From: Octopus sinensis
Taxonomy: Eukaryota
Length of the DNA stretch: 64,000 nt
Assembly: GCF_006345805.1 (NCBI RefSeq)
Contig: NC_043003.1
Location: 63,364,001-63,428,000, forward strand
Direction: 5' to 3'
A program made the position numbers and the translations under genes. Shown here in pieces: positions 12,342 through 23,800 of the stretch; the first letter of the stretch is position 1; each line of letters begins with the position of its first letter. The notes under the pieces were generated by a model that saw nothing but the letters and a program-made list of their open reading frames with translations, ran no database searches and was not told where the DNA came from.

Positions 12342-13635
12342 TGTGAGGGTATATTACAACAAACAGATGGGCAGGATGGTCACATTTGGAAATGGCCTCG
12401 ATTCATAAGTTTGCACAGTCATGGCTGACAGGGAGACAAAGTGGGGAGGTTGATGCCAAGCAGTATTAACAGCAACAACAACAACAACAACAACATCTAC
12501 TTCAATAAATTCTGCTGCTATCTAAATCTGAAGAACCAGATAGTAAAGAGTATTATGAAAAATATTTCAAAAATTTATAAATAAATGAATAAATAAGAGG
12601 AATGAAAATATAAATTAGAATATAAATAAAACAGAAAGAAAAAAAGAGATATAAAACAAAGAAAGTTTTCAATGGGAGTCAATATATTTTAATTTTTATG
12701 TGTGTGTATGTGTGTGGGTTTGAAAAATAAACTATCAATTATTGCAAATGTATTTATCTCATATTGTTATTTTTATTCATTCGCCAATATCTTCTATTTA
12801 GCAATTGTATGCAAGAAAAGCTACACTATTTTTGAATAAAATATGGTGAGCCAACACTGGAATAGTAAAACGGTGAGAGGCAGCAGAGTGTGCCAAATAG
12901 TGACAACGTATACACTGGGCAAAAGATTGATTACTGACTATCTTGCAGACACTGTTTGAAAGTTGCCTAACCAGATGATCGATACGTAATTAAAATGAAA
13001 TCTAATGTATTGCTGTATTGAATGTAAGCTTTGACTATTGGAATTAAGATAGCGTGGGTCTGTAGAAATGCAAATATATATGTGTACATATATATGAATA
13101 TGCATGAATATATATATATGTATTTATATATATTTGTGTGTATGTATATATATGTGTGTGTGTATGTATATATATATATATATATATAATGTGTGTGTGT
13201 GTGTGTATGTATATATATATGTGTGTGTGTGTGTATATATATGTGTGTGTATGTATATATATTTATGTATGTATATATATGTGTGTGTGTGTATGTGTGT
13301 ATATATATATGTGTGTGTGTATATTATATAATATATATATATATATATATATGTATGTATATATGTATATATATGTGTGTGTGTATATATATGTATACAT
13401 GCATATATGTGTATATATATATATGTATACATGTATATATATAAGTGTGTATATATATATGTATACATGCATATATGTTATATATATATATGTATACATG
13501 TATATATATATATATAAGTGTGTATATATATATGTATATATATATATATCTGTGTGTGTGTTTGTGTTACATATATTCATATATATATTCACATACATAC
13601 AACTACTTACATACAATATCTCTCTATATGTTTAA

Positions 13636-13671
<36 letters not shown>

Positions 13672-13719
13672 ATGTGTTTATAATATGCACACACACACAC
13701 ACATATACAAAGAATGGAA

Positions 13720-13935
13720 TACATGCAATAAAGATATGAAGATCAGGAAGCTCCTGGTCCATTCCAGAATTCCTGCTGAGATGCTTAGAATATCTGACAG
13801 CGTGAGATACAGCCAAGTCACCTAAATAGTTAATCAGGTTATTCAAGAAGGTATCATACCCATCAAATAGTGTAATAGCATCATAGTCAAGTGTTACAAG
13901 GGTAAAGGAGATGCCTTTCAGACAAGTAATTAGTT
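13720..13935 (+). pseudogene. RTE reverse transcriptase fragment
   Basis: AIKDMKIRK/APGP..IPAEMLRIS...IVNQVIQEGIIP...SIIVKCYKGKGDA, similar to the RTE at nt 1-103. Confidence 0.75.
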
Positions 13936-14269
13936 CATAAAAATTACTGAAAGATATATAGGTCAATTAATTATGAAGAGAGTAAAGTCTGTTAACCAAG
14001 TTTGGTTCTGTCTCAGGGAAAAGTACTACTAACACTTTTTTTTCTAGTAATGCAATGGCAGGAGAATAATTTAACCAAAAGAAAATGCAGAGGTGTTTGG
14101 AAGGAGTGGGTTCTCCGACTGTTAAAAACACCAGTGTAAATGTATGTTCATGTGTGTACAGTTGGATGTGGTCAACACTGGGCTGAAATCTCATGTTGTG
14201 GTGGTGGGAGGGCTGAATCTGGGAGTCCCACCATTTTTATAATTATGATGGTATCCATAGGTAACCAAT

Positions 14270-14790
14270 CACATACTCTCTTTCATGTGGGCATGAAAGG
14301 AAAAACTTATTCTCGTAGTTTAAGTAGATGTCAGAGTGAAGAGAGTTTTTTAATAGTTCTTTTCTCCTGATTGTTTTGAATTAAGGCTTACGCTTCCCCA
14401 GTACGCTCCAGACTTCATGTTGTAATCCATGGCACTTTCCTTCAACATCTCTCCTGAATGACAAAGGCAAACTTATGGTTGTTAAATCTGTTTCTGAAAG
14501 GACCTTCTGTCATGTCCGCATGCCTCAGCACACTTGACTACCTACTGTGGTCCTTTGATGTCACCTCTGCCTCATGTATGCTGGTTGTTGTCTTGAACTG
14601 GCTGTTAAGAGAACATGAGTTGCCCCTGCATGAGCATCCACCCTGTGTCACTGATGTGGACCTACTTACTAATATTTTCTTTATACTAGGTGCACAGATA
14701 AAAGAAACTCTTAAAGTGTGTTTATGAAATATTTCATGGAATTTATTCATACAGGGAAAGAGTTTAACCATTTTGAGCAGAGAACTTAGT
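14270..14790 (-). pseudogene. Penelope-like element linker plus GIY-YIG endonuclease remnant
   Basis: KFHEIFHKHTLRVSFICAPSIKKIL, GCSCRGNSCSLN, EAEVT, MTEGPFRNRFNNHKFAF and LNYENKFFLSCPHE resemble PLE C-terminal motifs. Confidence 0.75.
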
Positions 14791-15689
14791 TCTTCATGAC
14801 ATCCCTTCTCTTATTGGCTCCCACAACTTTATTCTGTCTTTTTCACAGCAACAACAGACTAAGTCTGGCACTTATTGATTTCTTGTAACAGAGAACCATC
14901 ATCTTTTCTGTACTGGCTACTCTGATGAGTGTGGTCACAGAAAATCACCTAAATTACCTAATATACTGTGGGAAACTGATTGGTAAAATGGGCTGAAATG
15001 AATCTTTAATATTGTATAGTATACAGATTAATATCCCCACTCAATCAAAAATGTATGAGTGCCTGCTTTTCTGGCTAATGGATTCTTAAAATACTCTGTG
15101 TGAGTGTGTACATATATACATTGATACCTGCACGCATGCTTGCATACATATATGCATGAATACTCTAAGTTTGTAAAAACTTAATTGTCTTTTGCGGTGT
15201 AATTCCATACCTTGATATTTATTTCAGAAAAAATTTATTTAACAATTTTCATATAAAATATACCATTTGAAGTTTAGATTTCATTCTATTGATTCGTGTT
15301 AATGGTTAATGTTTTAACTGTTTACTGTTATGTATTCAAGTCTGTCAAATTAATGATGGGAAATAAATCAAATTCAAACGATTTTATTGTATGAAATCAA
15401 ACTGGAATGCACAACCACAGAAACAGCCCACATTTTCAACCGAGTATTTTGTAATGGGTGGGGGTATGTAAATAAATGTACATCTCATCATTGCTTCTAA
15501 AATTTCATAGCAGAGAAAACAATTGAAAGCAATCAGTTAATGACAGTTGCAGCATGCCGGGCAGCCAAAAACCCTTGAGATAAGGGTGCCACATGGGCTG
15601 TATAAAAAGAGAAAGAATATTAATATTAGGAAGTTTGCTTTGTGTTTCTTTTGTGAAAAAAAATCTATTTTTTAAAATTTTAGTGGAAA

Positions 15690-16030
15690 ATGGATTCTAT
15701 ATGACAATCGATGGTATTCTGCACAGTGGCTGCACCAAAAACTTTTCCAAACAGATGCCGCATTTAAAGAAGACTATTTTTTGAAGATTGCAAATGGAAT
15801 TGATTCCTAGTGAAACCATAACAGTAAAGTATTTCCAGATAATCCTCAAAATACACATAGAACTGCAATGCTTACGTCCAGCGCAGGGCAAGCCAAAAGG
15901 ACCAATTCTTCTTCATAAGAATGCCTGATCATGTCTCATAAATAACAAGAGAAAATAACTAAAGTGAGCTATGAAATTCTGTATCACCCAGTTTATTCCC
16001 TCGACCTATCACTGACTGCATTGACATAGC
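15690..16030 (+). pseudogene. Decayed mariner transposase (DD34D region)
   Basis: YDNR..SAQW, ETIT, LRP...KGPILLHKNA and YEILYHPVYSLDLS (YSPDL-like). Confidence 0.7.
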
Positions 16031-16134
16031 TAAAGTGTATATCACTCAGGAGAGCCATTCCTTTTGCTGCCCTACCCTCCAGGGACCCAAGGCTATCCAA
16101 GCTTATACAGCAGGCTCAGAAGTTCTACACCCTC

Positions 16135-16362
16135 ATAACTTTTACGTTACCAACCCAGCTGAAACCAGCTCTGGCTCTGAGTACAAATGTCTTGATTTTC
16201 ATAAGTTTTGAATTAAAATCTTCCACCAAACCTTAGTCACAATTTATGTTCCTAACACAAGCTTAATGATAACTAAGTTATTTTACTAAATTCTTTGTTA
16301 TATTTAAAGTAATTGAAAGAAACACAAAGCATCTCAAAATAAATACGGTTATGAAAGGGTTT
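16135..16362. mobile_element. Probable MITE (piggyBac-like aaccctt termini, degenerate)
   Basis: taacttttacgttacc ... ggttatgaaagggtt imperfect TIRs. Confidence 0.35.
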
Positions 16363-17057
16363 GAGGCATCACCCAGGAATGGACTCCAGTGAGTAACTGT
16401 GCTATTGTCCAATTGATTACCACTTTTATAAGCATCACAATATCCAGCTAAGGGAGGTCTTTGGAGATCAAGCAGCAGCTTGAAATGCCTTTGAAGGACA
16501 TAGGGCTGTAGAATCCTACACCGTTGGAATAAAAGGATATTCTTCATTTTTGGTAAACGTGTAGATTCTAGTGGTTATAATTACAATTAATAAAATTTAC
16601 AAAATTTATTTATTTTGAGTTGAAATATATTGCTTTATAGCTGACAGTTAAAACGGTAATTATTTTGTGCCAAACTGATATACACATAGACAAACACACA
16701 CGCACACACACAAATATATATTGATACTTTTGAGTGGGTGCCTGTGTGTGTGTATGTATAAACATATACATGTTATAGGAATATAGGTATACATATGTAT
16801 TATATATGTATATGTGTGTATGTGAATATATGTATGTATATGTGTATATAACTCTAGCTATTTTTACACACATGCACTCACATATATACATACACGCACA
16901 CACACATATATATACATAGATACATATATATTCATATATATATATATAAATATATACATATATGTCTATATATGCATATATATATGTCCATAAATGTATG
17001 TATATATATATATCATGGAAGGCGGACATTAAACGATGTTGACGATGATGATGATGA

Positions 17058-17095
<38 letters not shown>

Positions 17096-17128
17096 TTATA
17101 TGTATATAAGCACACATATACATACACG

Positions 17129-17165
<37 letters not shown>

Positions 17166-17462
17166 TAGTATGTTCTGTATTCTGATTTTAGAAACATATA
17201 CAAGTAATATATACATTTTTTGTTGCATTAGAAATTGAAATTTTCAGCAATTTTAATTAAATTAAGCCTCTGTTCATTACAGCTTCTCTAAAAGCTAACA
17301 CTAGCAGATGACAATGATTTATGAATGGCTCTGCTGATAATTCCTGTATTTTCAAGAATTATCAACCCAAAGACAAGTCTGCAAATCAATTAATAAGGCG
17401 CACTTAACAATTCATATATCTTTTAGTATAAATATTCTTCATTTTCTGTTTTCAGTTAATAA

Positions 17463-18300
17463 TCTTTTCTACTCTAGGCACAAGGCCCAAAATTATCAGG
17501 GAGGGGACCAGTCAATTAGATCAGCCGCAGTACACAACTGGTACTTAATTTATCAACCCCGAAAGGATGAACGGCAAAGTCGACCTTGGTGGAAATTGAA
17601 CTCAGAACATAAAAACAGACAAAATACCACTAAGCATTTCACCCAGCTCACTGCCTTTTTCTATTTGCAGTTGATAATGTGTTATAATCGTATAATTATT
17701 TTATTTGTCAGTCATTGGACTGTGGCCATGCTGTAGCACAGCTTTGACAGATTTAGTTTAACAAATTGACCCCAGTGCTTATTTTTTTAAGTTTGGTACT
17801 TATTCTTAGGGACATAAGCAAACCAACACTGGTTGTCAAGTGGTGGTGGAGGACAAAAGCAAACACAAAAGTGCACACAAACACATGCACACATACACAT
17901 ACATATAAATATATATATATACACACACATTCTTTCATTTGTTTCAGTCATTTGACTGCAGCCATGTTGGAGCACTGCCTTTACTTTTTGTAAACCTAGT
18001 ACTTATTCTATTGGTCTCTTTTGCCAAACTGTTAAGTTACAAAGACATAAACACATCAACATCAGTTGTCAAGTGATGGTGGGGGGACAAATACATACAC
18101 ACAAACATATAGCACCCACTACACTCACGGAGTGGTTGGCGTTAGGAAGGGCATCCAGCTGTAGAAACATTGCCAAATTAGACTGGAGCCTGGTGCAGCC
18201 TTCTGGCTTCCCAGAACCCCGGTCGAACCGTCCAACCCATGCTAGCATGGAGAACGGACGTTAAACGACGATGATGATATACTTGTATATATACTAAGCA

Positions 18301-18336
<36 letters not shown>

Positions 18337-18440
18337 TTGTGTATACACGATGGGCTTCTTTCAGTTTCCATCTACCAGATCCGCTCACAAGGCTTTGGTC
18401 AGCCTGAAGCTATAGTAGAAGACATTTGCCCTAGGTGCCA
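17463..18440. mobile_element. SINE A (-), SINE B (-) and RTE-type tail (18115-18278, +) cluster
   Basis: Family cores recognised by identity to other copies. Confidence 0.75.
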
Positions 18441-18694
18441 CAAAAAATAAAAGACAAAGAATACCTCAATAGTATTTGAACATAAAATAACTTGATTAAA
18501 TATCATAAAGCATTTCTTTTTCCAAATGCTACCCATATAATCTTTTCAATTGTACACAGGCATAGCTGTGTGGTAAGTAGCTTGCTTATCAACCACATGG
18601 TTCCAGGTTCAATCCCACTGCATGGCATCTTGAGCAAGTGTCTTCTACTATAGCCTTGGGCCGACCAATGCCACTCAGTTCACAGCACTTGGAA

Positions 18695-18861
18695 CAGCTG
18701 TTCCCAGCGCTTTTGCACAGACGGCCCTTGACCCAAAAGCTTGAAACCCACATGACCCCCTACTATCAGCAACTTGATTTACATTTTATTTAATTAATAT
18801 TATCCCAAGCCACTGCTAAGGCTTTGCCAGGGAGTCGGGAACCACCGGTTGGGAACCCCTG
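18695..18861. mobile_element. hAT (Charlie-like) MITE
   Basis: TIRs cagctgttcccagc / gttgggaacccctg, with imperfect 8-bp TSD acttggaa/atttagaa. Confidence 0.6.
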
Positions 18862-19235
18862 ATTTAGAACATCAAATAATAGGAATGTGTTATGACACCC
18901 AAGAAAAATTTGAAGGGACTGTGCTCAGAATAGACAAGACTTCATTTTTCTCTTGGAGAAGTGATGAATGCTCCATATGGTCTCTTTACCTTTTGATGTA
19001 AAACCTCTTTCCAATAACCAAATGAGATGTGATGAATGGAATTAAGTGGGTTCATAAAATATTCAATGAAATGTTTTAAAGTTGTGAAGATAGCATCTCT
19101 GCATGATTGATCAAACAACTGAAAATTCATCATCAGATATTCTAACCAAGATCCATATAGATATATATATATATATTTCTAAGTATTTATGATTGTATAT
19201 ATGTTTGTATGTATATACGAATGTACTACGTATGT

Positions 19236-19400
19236 AGGCGTAGGAGTGGCTGTGTGGTAAGTAGCTTGCTTATGAACCACATGGTTCCGGGTTCAGTCTC
19301 ACAGCATGGCACCTTGGTCAAGTGTCTTCTACTATAGCACCAAGCCAACCAAAGCCATATGAGTGGATTTGTAGACAGAAGCTGAAAGAAGTCCGTTGTA
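19236..19400 (+). mobile_element. SINE family B tRNA-like head
   Basis: ggcgtaggagtggctgtgtggtaagtagcttgc...ggttccgggttcagtc. Confidence 0.8.
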
Positions 19401-19426
19401 TATATATATATATATATATAAATGAT

Positions 19427-19465
<39 letters not shown>

Positions 19466-20421
19466 CATTTAGTATATGTCTGTATATGTATATGTATGTG
19501 TATATAATATATTGCCTGTTTATACATTATATTATTTTTATAATTTACTTCATCTTTACTTTTTAATTCTCACTTTAATTTTATCTTTCCTATGATATAT
19601 AATTTTCAAGATGGTGTAATTTAGTTGTTCATTTTGAACCGATAAAAGGTTTCTTTTTCAAATATTTCATGTATAAGCGTGTATATATATATAGTGGTAT
19701 AAATATCAACACAATGTTTTCCCCTTCCTCCCTTATTTTTCTTTTTCTTTTTTTGTCTCTCTCCCCTTCTCCAAACATACAGACACACACACACGCACAC
19801 ACACACGCACACACACACGCACACACACACACACACAAACACACACAGACACCTTCACAAAACGATCATAAAAAGTGGAAAGAATTCTTAAACCCAAAAA
19901 AGCATTTGACCATTCTCAATGATAAAAGGAAATATAATTTATGGCCTACCTCCCCGCCACCACACACTCAGTGACACTGTGAAGTGGTCAAAGCTGAAAT
20001 TCTTAGAACCCTCTTGGAGTCAATATTCTGTCCAGCAGACCAAAAAATTCTTTCCTACTTCTTCTCTCTCCCTTCCCCTCTTTCTCTTTAGCACTCACCT
20101 CAGGTACAAACACACACACACACAAACACATACACATACACATATACACATGTTCTCTCTCTCACTTTCTCCTCATCCACCTCACCCTCTTGTACTGTCT
20201 TATATTCCTCCCCACCACTACGAAATTCTATAAAATTATTAAAATTCCCCACAAAAGAAACTTATTTTAATTTGAAAACCCCACTAGAATGGGAGAAAGC
20301 GCTAATGATCTGGGTGATATGATATATATATAAAAGATGTAATATATAAATAAATATCTGTAAATATGAACCATCCAATCTTCTTATTACTTCATTTCTT
20401 CTAATATATATATATATTTAC

Positions 20422-20583
20422 TTTATTTAAAGCAGAAGGAAATTCAATAAAACCTGTTACTCTGAGTTTCACGTTCCCGTCGTCGGACAGTTTTTGCTAG
20501 ATTCTAGCAAAAACTGTCCGATGAACGGCAACGGGAAACTCAGAGTAACAGGTTTTGTTGAATTTTCTGCTGCTTTAAATAAA
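20422..20583. mobile_element. 162-bp palindromic element in (TA)n with an HHR-like motif on each strand
   Basis: The arms tttatttaaagcag...ctag/att/ctag...ctgctttaaataaa are inverted repeats. HHR-like motifs lie at 20454-20490(-) and 20514-20551(+). Confidence 0.75.
20514..20551 (+). ncRNA. Type I HHR-like motif, U4C variant (family B)
   Basis: CUGU-CCGAUGA-ACG-GCAA-CGG-GAAAC-UCAGA-GUA-ACAG. Confidence 0.5.
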
Positions 20584-20785
20584 GTGTGTGTATATATATA
20601 TATATATATAAATAATAAATAGGGAATAAATCCAAATTTACAGGGAAAAAATCAGATTTATGATTAAATCGATTTTATAGTAAAATATTATAAAATATTA
20701 TTCGAGACAAAACCACTATTTTGCAAAACAAACAAGGAAGACTAATTAATACATAAAATTTTAATAAATAGTCAAAAAAAAACCG

Positions 20786-20828
20786 CCACTACAATCGTTT
20801 CTTGTCTTGATCGACAATCTTCAGGTGG
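20786..20828 (-). ncRNA. Type I hammerhead ribozyme, intact core
   Basis: CCAC-CUGAAGA-UUGUC-GAUCAA-GACAA-GAAAC-GAUU-GUA-GUGG. Stems I, II and III all pair. Confidence 0.8.
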
Positions 20829-20882
20829 ACTTCCAATAATTCAGTGTCAAATTATGAAATTTGACACTGAATTATTGGAAGT

Positions 20883-20925
20883 CCACCTGAAGATTGTCGA
20901 TCAAGACAGAGAACGATTGTAGTGG
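20883..20925 (+). ncRNA. Mirror HHR copy with an altered GAAA (gacagagaac)
   Basis: CCAC-CUGAAGA-UUGUC-GAUCAA-GACAG-AGAAC-GAUU-GUA-GUGG. Probably impaired. Confidence 0.55.
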
Positions 20926-21084
20926 CGGTTTTTTTTACTATTTATTAAAATTTTATGTATTAATTAGTCTTTCTTGTTTGTTTTGCAAAATAGTGGTTTT
21001 GTCTCGAATAATATTTTATATATATATATATATATATATAATGATAAATATCAAAGTGAGTTATTACAGTAGCGGTAACACATC

Positions 21085-21428
21085 GTGACGTATATTTGCC
21101 ATCTCAATATGGCTACCCCTAAGGGTGGATGCTACTGTAGTTTTTAGCCCCAGGGGACACACTCCTCCAGCTGGCCATAGACACACTTTCTGTGTCCTGT
21201 CAGTATTTGCAAAGGGAAGTCATCCTTCCCCGTCTTCAACTTATGATACACACGGACTCGAGTTTCGAGGTATTGACCTCTCGTCAGCGTGTGACTTCCC
21301 TTTGCAAATACTGACAGGACACAGAAAGTGTGTCTATGGCCAGCTGGAGGGTGTGCCTCCTGGGGCTAAAAACTACAGTAGCATCCACCCTTAGGGGTAG
21401 CCATATTGAGATGGCAAATATACGTCAC
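21085..21428. mobile_element. 344-bp foldback element: ~137-bp near-perfect inverted arms around a 69-nt spacer containing an HHR
   Basis: Arms 21085-21222 and 21292-21428 (gtgacgtatatttgccatctcaatatggctacccc...). Confidence 0.9.
21249..21293 (-). ncRNA. Canonical type I hammerhead ribozyme
   Basis: CACACG-CUGACGA-GAGGU-CAAU-ACCUC-GAAAC-UCGA-GUC^CGUGUG: 6-bp stem I, 5-bp stem II with G10.1-C11.1, palindromic stem III ACUCGAGU, and a GUC site. Confidence 0.88.
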
Positions 21429-21463
<35 letters not shown>

Positions 21464-21476
21464 TACATACATACAT

Positions 21477-21515
<39 letters not shown>

Positions 21516-21616
21516 TATATATATAATATATATATATACATATATATACATACACATATATACATATATATAAATATATTATATATATACATATATATAT
21601 ACATACACATATATAC

Positions 21617-21688
<72 letters not shown>

Positions 21689-21972
21689 TATATATAATAT
21701 ATAACATTATATAAAATATATTGGAGGGCTGGCCGTGATCTAGTAATCTCAAGATTAATCAGCCGAAATTACTACGATGATCCGGTTCTTGACTGAAGAC
21801 TGAGGGGTTCGAATGTCCTGTCCATGTTTATTGTATCGTCTTCTAAGAGTTATACGTTTTGTCCATGTTGTATTTTTCTACATACCTTAATATATATATA
21901 TATATATATACATATACACACACACACATACATACATGCATATATCATTTGATGTACACAGTATACAGTTAT

Positions 21973-22058
21973 GAGCTACTAATAGTTTCATGTGTTGAAG
22001 ATGTAGTCCAGGCAAGTTTTAATAACATGCCTTGTGTCTCCAAGCAATCTTCAAGCTC
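21973..22058 (-). ncRNA. Type I HHR-like motif with C3U core and long stem II
   Basis: GAGC-UUGAAGA-[58 nt with UUGGAGA/UCUUCAA and AGGCAUGUU/AACUUGCCU helices]-GAAAC-UAUUA-GUA-GCUC. Confidence 0.5.
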
Positions 22059-22289
22059 TGAGCACATGGCCTACACAATTTAGAAATCAGGATGCTAGAA
22101 CAAGAGAAATCGCATAAAAAAGAAAATAAGGTGGAGGAAAAAAGTGGAAAGGTGAAAAGAATGAAAAAAATTTTTAAAGTGAAAATTAAAGCTGTCCTCT
22201 TCGACCGTAAAGCTATAATAAAGTTAGTTGTTCTAGAATGAATCAACGGAGAGGGCTTCAAAGCCTACGATACAACTGCTCAATCCAGA

Positions 22290-22620
22290 GAGGGTACTCT
22301 CTTCCATTACGCCGAAAGAAATATTTTCATGGGTTTGCATTTTCTGAAAATTTCTAATCGAAAATTCAGCAGTATGGTGGAATTCTTATATCTAAGAAAG
22401 ATATGCAATCTTTCAGCTATGCATCAGTTACATTTCTTAGATCCACTAACATACGTCATGGCTTTTTCTATGATTTTCCACTCAATTGTTTGTGTCATGG
22501 AGTTGGTCTTAAAATCACGTACTAGATTAGCCAACTTAGTGGCTTTACTTTAGTCAATTATTGAGATATATAATTGTACAGTTATACTGACACGCCTATA
22601 TACTATGTAACGGTGATTCG
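22290..22620 (-). pseudogene. Penelope-like GIY-YIG endonuclease C-terminal remnant
   Basis: YIGVS, then ATKLANLVRDFK...TIEWKIIEKAMTYVSGSKKCN*CIAERLHIFL...LLNFRLEIFRKC. Confidence 0.75.
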
Positions 22621-23444
22621 AAACCAAAGCGCTAGGTTTGCATCACGACCAAGCTACAATAGTTTCACGTCATCGGTCTATTAAGCAAACAATCAGTGTC
22701 AAGCCATCACGTGATTCATTCTTTTAGAATCATATTGTGCCCTATAAAAAGATGCCGTTTTGGTAGAATTGTAGAATGTTGAAGCAGCTGCGTAATGTAT
22801 CACAATTCTTGCCACAACCAGACAATCCAAGAAGACGATTAGACCAGATAGGAGATAGACGACAGGAATCTTTGCCGCCAGGAATATAGCACGATTTTTT
22901 CCAGTTATGTTGGGCAAACCACATGTTGCTGTTGCTGTATCAGTAACTTGATGTAAACTCCAATTAGTGTGTCTCTCTCAGTATGTAATTATGTGCTTCA
23001 AATTTTGGCATAAGGTCAGAAACAGACCAAAGAGATTTGGACTGAAAGCGATCGACGATACATGTAAGGGATAACGTTAATTGTTATTGACCCAGAAAGA
23101 ATAGTGTTTGTCATCTATTTAGCCGTTTCAGTTAGTCAGGATAATGCAAATTTATTGGTAGGGGTAGTTAGTATAGAGAATCCAGGGCTTCTGGCGAGGA
23201 GCTGGCGTGATTTAAATGCTTGTTCAGTGTTTATCTTATGGAGAATAGTTTAGCCTACTGATTAGTAATACTTATGCAAAGGAGAGCTGTAACTGATAAG
23301 CTCAGATAAAACTAAGTGGTACTTATTTCAATGTTCTCAGAAGAAAAAAAATCAAAGTTAAATTTAGCAGCAGTAAAATACGATTGCGAAAACAGTAAAC
23401 AGTACTCAGCTGACAAGTATATGATCCAACATGCTTTTGGAAAA

Positions 23445-23767
23445 TGTACACACACACACACGCCCACACGTGCGTCTATACGCATACACACACACGTGCG
23501 TCCATGCGCGCGCGCACACACACCACCCACGCACATATGCGTCAATGCGCGTACACACACGCGCCCACGTACTTCAATGCACACTCACACACGCACACTT
23601 GCGTCCATGCACATACACGCACGTGCGTCCCTGCACATACACGCACACGTGCATCCATGCGCATACACAAACACGCATACGTGCATCCATGCTCATACAC
23701 ACACACGTACATACATACATACATACATACATACATACATACATACATACATACATACATACATACA

Positions 23768-23799
<32 letters not shown>

Positions 23800-23800
23800 C
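23445..23800. repeat. Imperfect (CA)-rich repeat followed by (ACAT)n
   Basis: Direct reading. It explains the long HT/YVC ORFs. Confidence 0.9.

Larger units (their letters stand above)
20690..21019. mobile_element. 330-bp palindromic element (arms ~160 bp) ending in (TA)n, with an HHR on each strand
   Basis: Inverted arms centred on gtgtcaaat-tatga-aatttgacac. Confidence 0.85.

Noticed and set aside
18865-19010. Short + frame LEHQIIGMCYDTQEKFEGTVLRID
   Set aside because: It could be a decayed transposase or an exon, but it is too short and unsupported to call.
21722-21850. GGCUG...CAGCC-GAAAU insert between TA runs
   Set aside because: It has a stem II and GAAA, but the CUGANGA core and stem I are truncated or degenerate. 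Counted only as a remnant in the hotspot finding.
22699-22950. Minus ORF with a hydrophobic stretch (IPVVYLLSGLIVFLDCLVV) resembling a membrane-protein exon
   Set aside because: It lies directly upstream of a PLE GIY-YIG remnant and contains a VVY motif, so it is more likely decayed PLE linker. No convincing splice sites.
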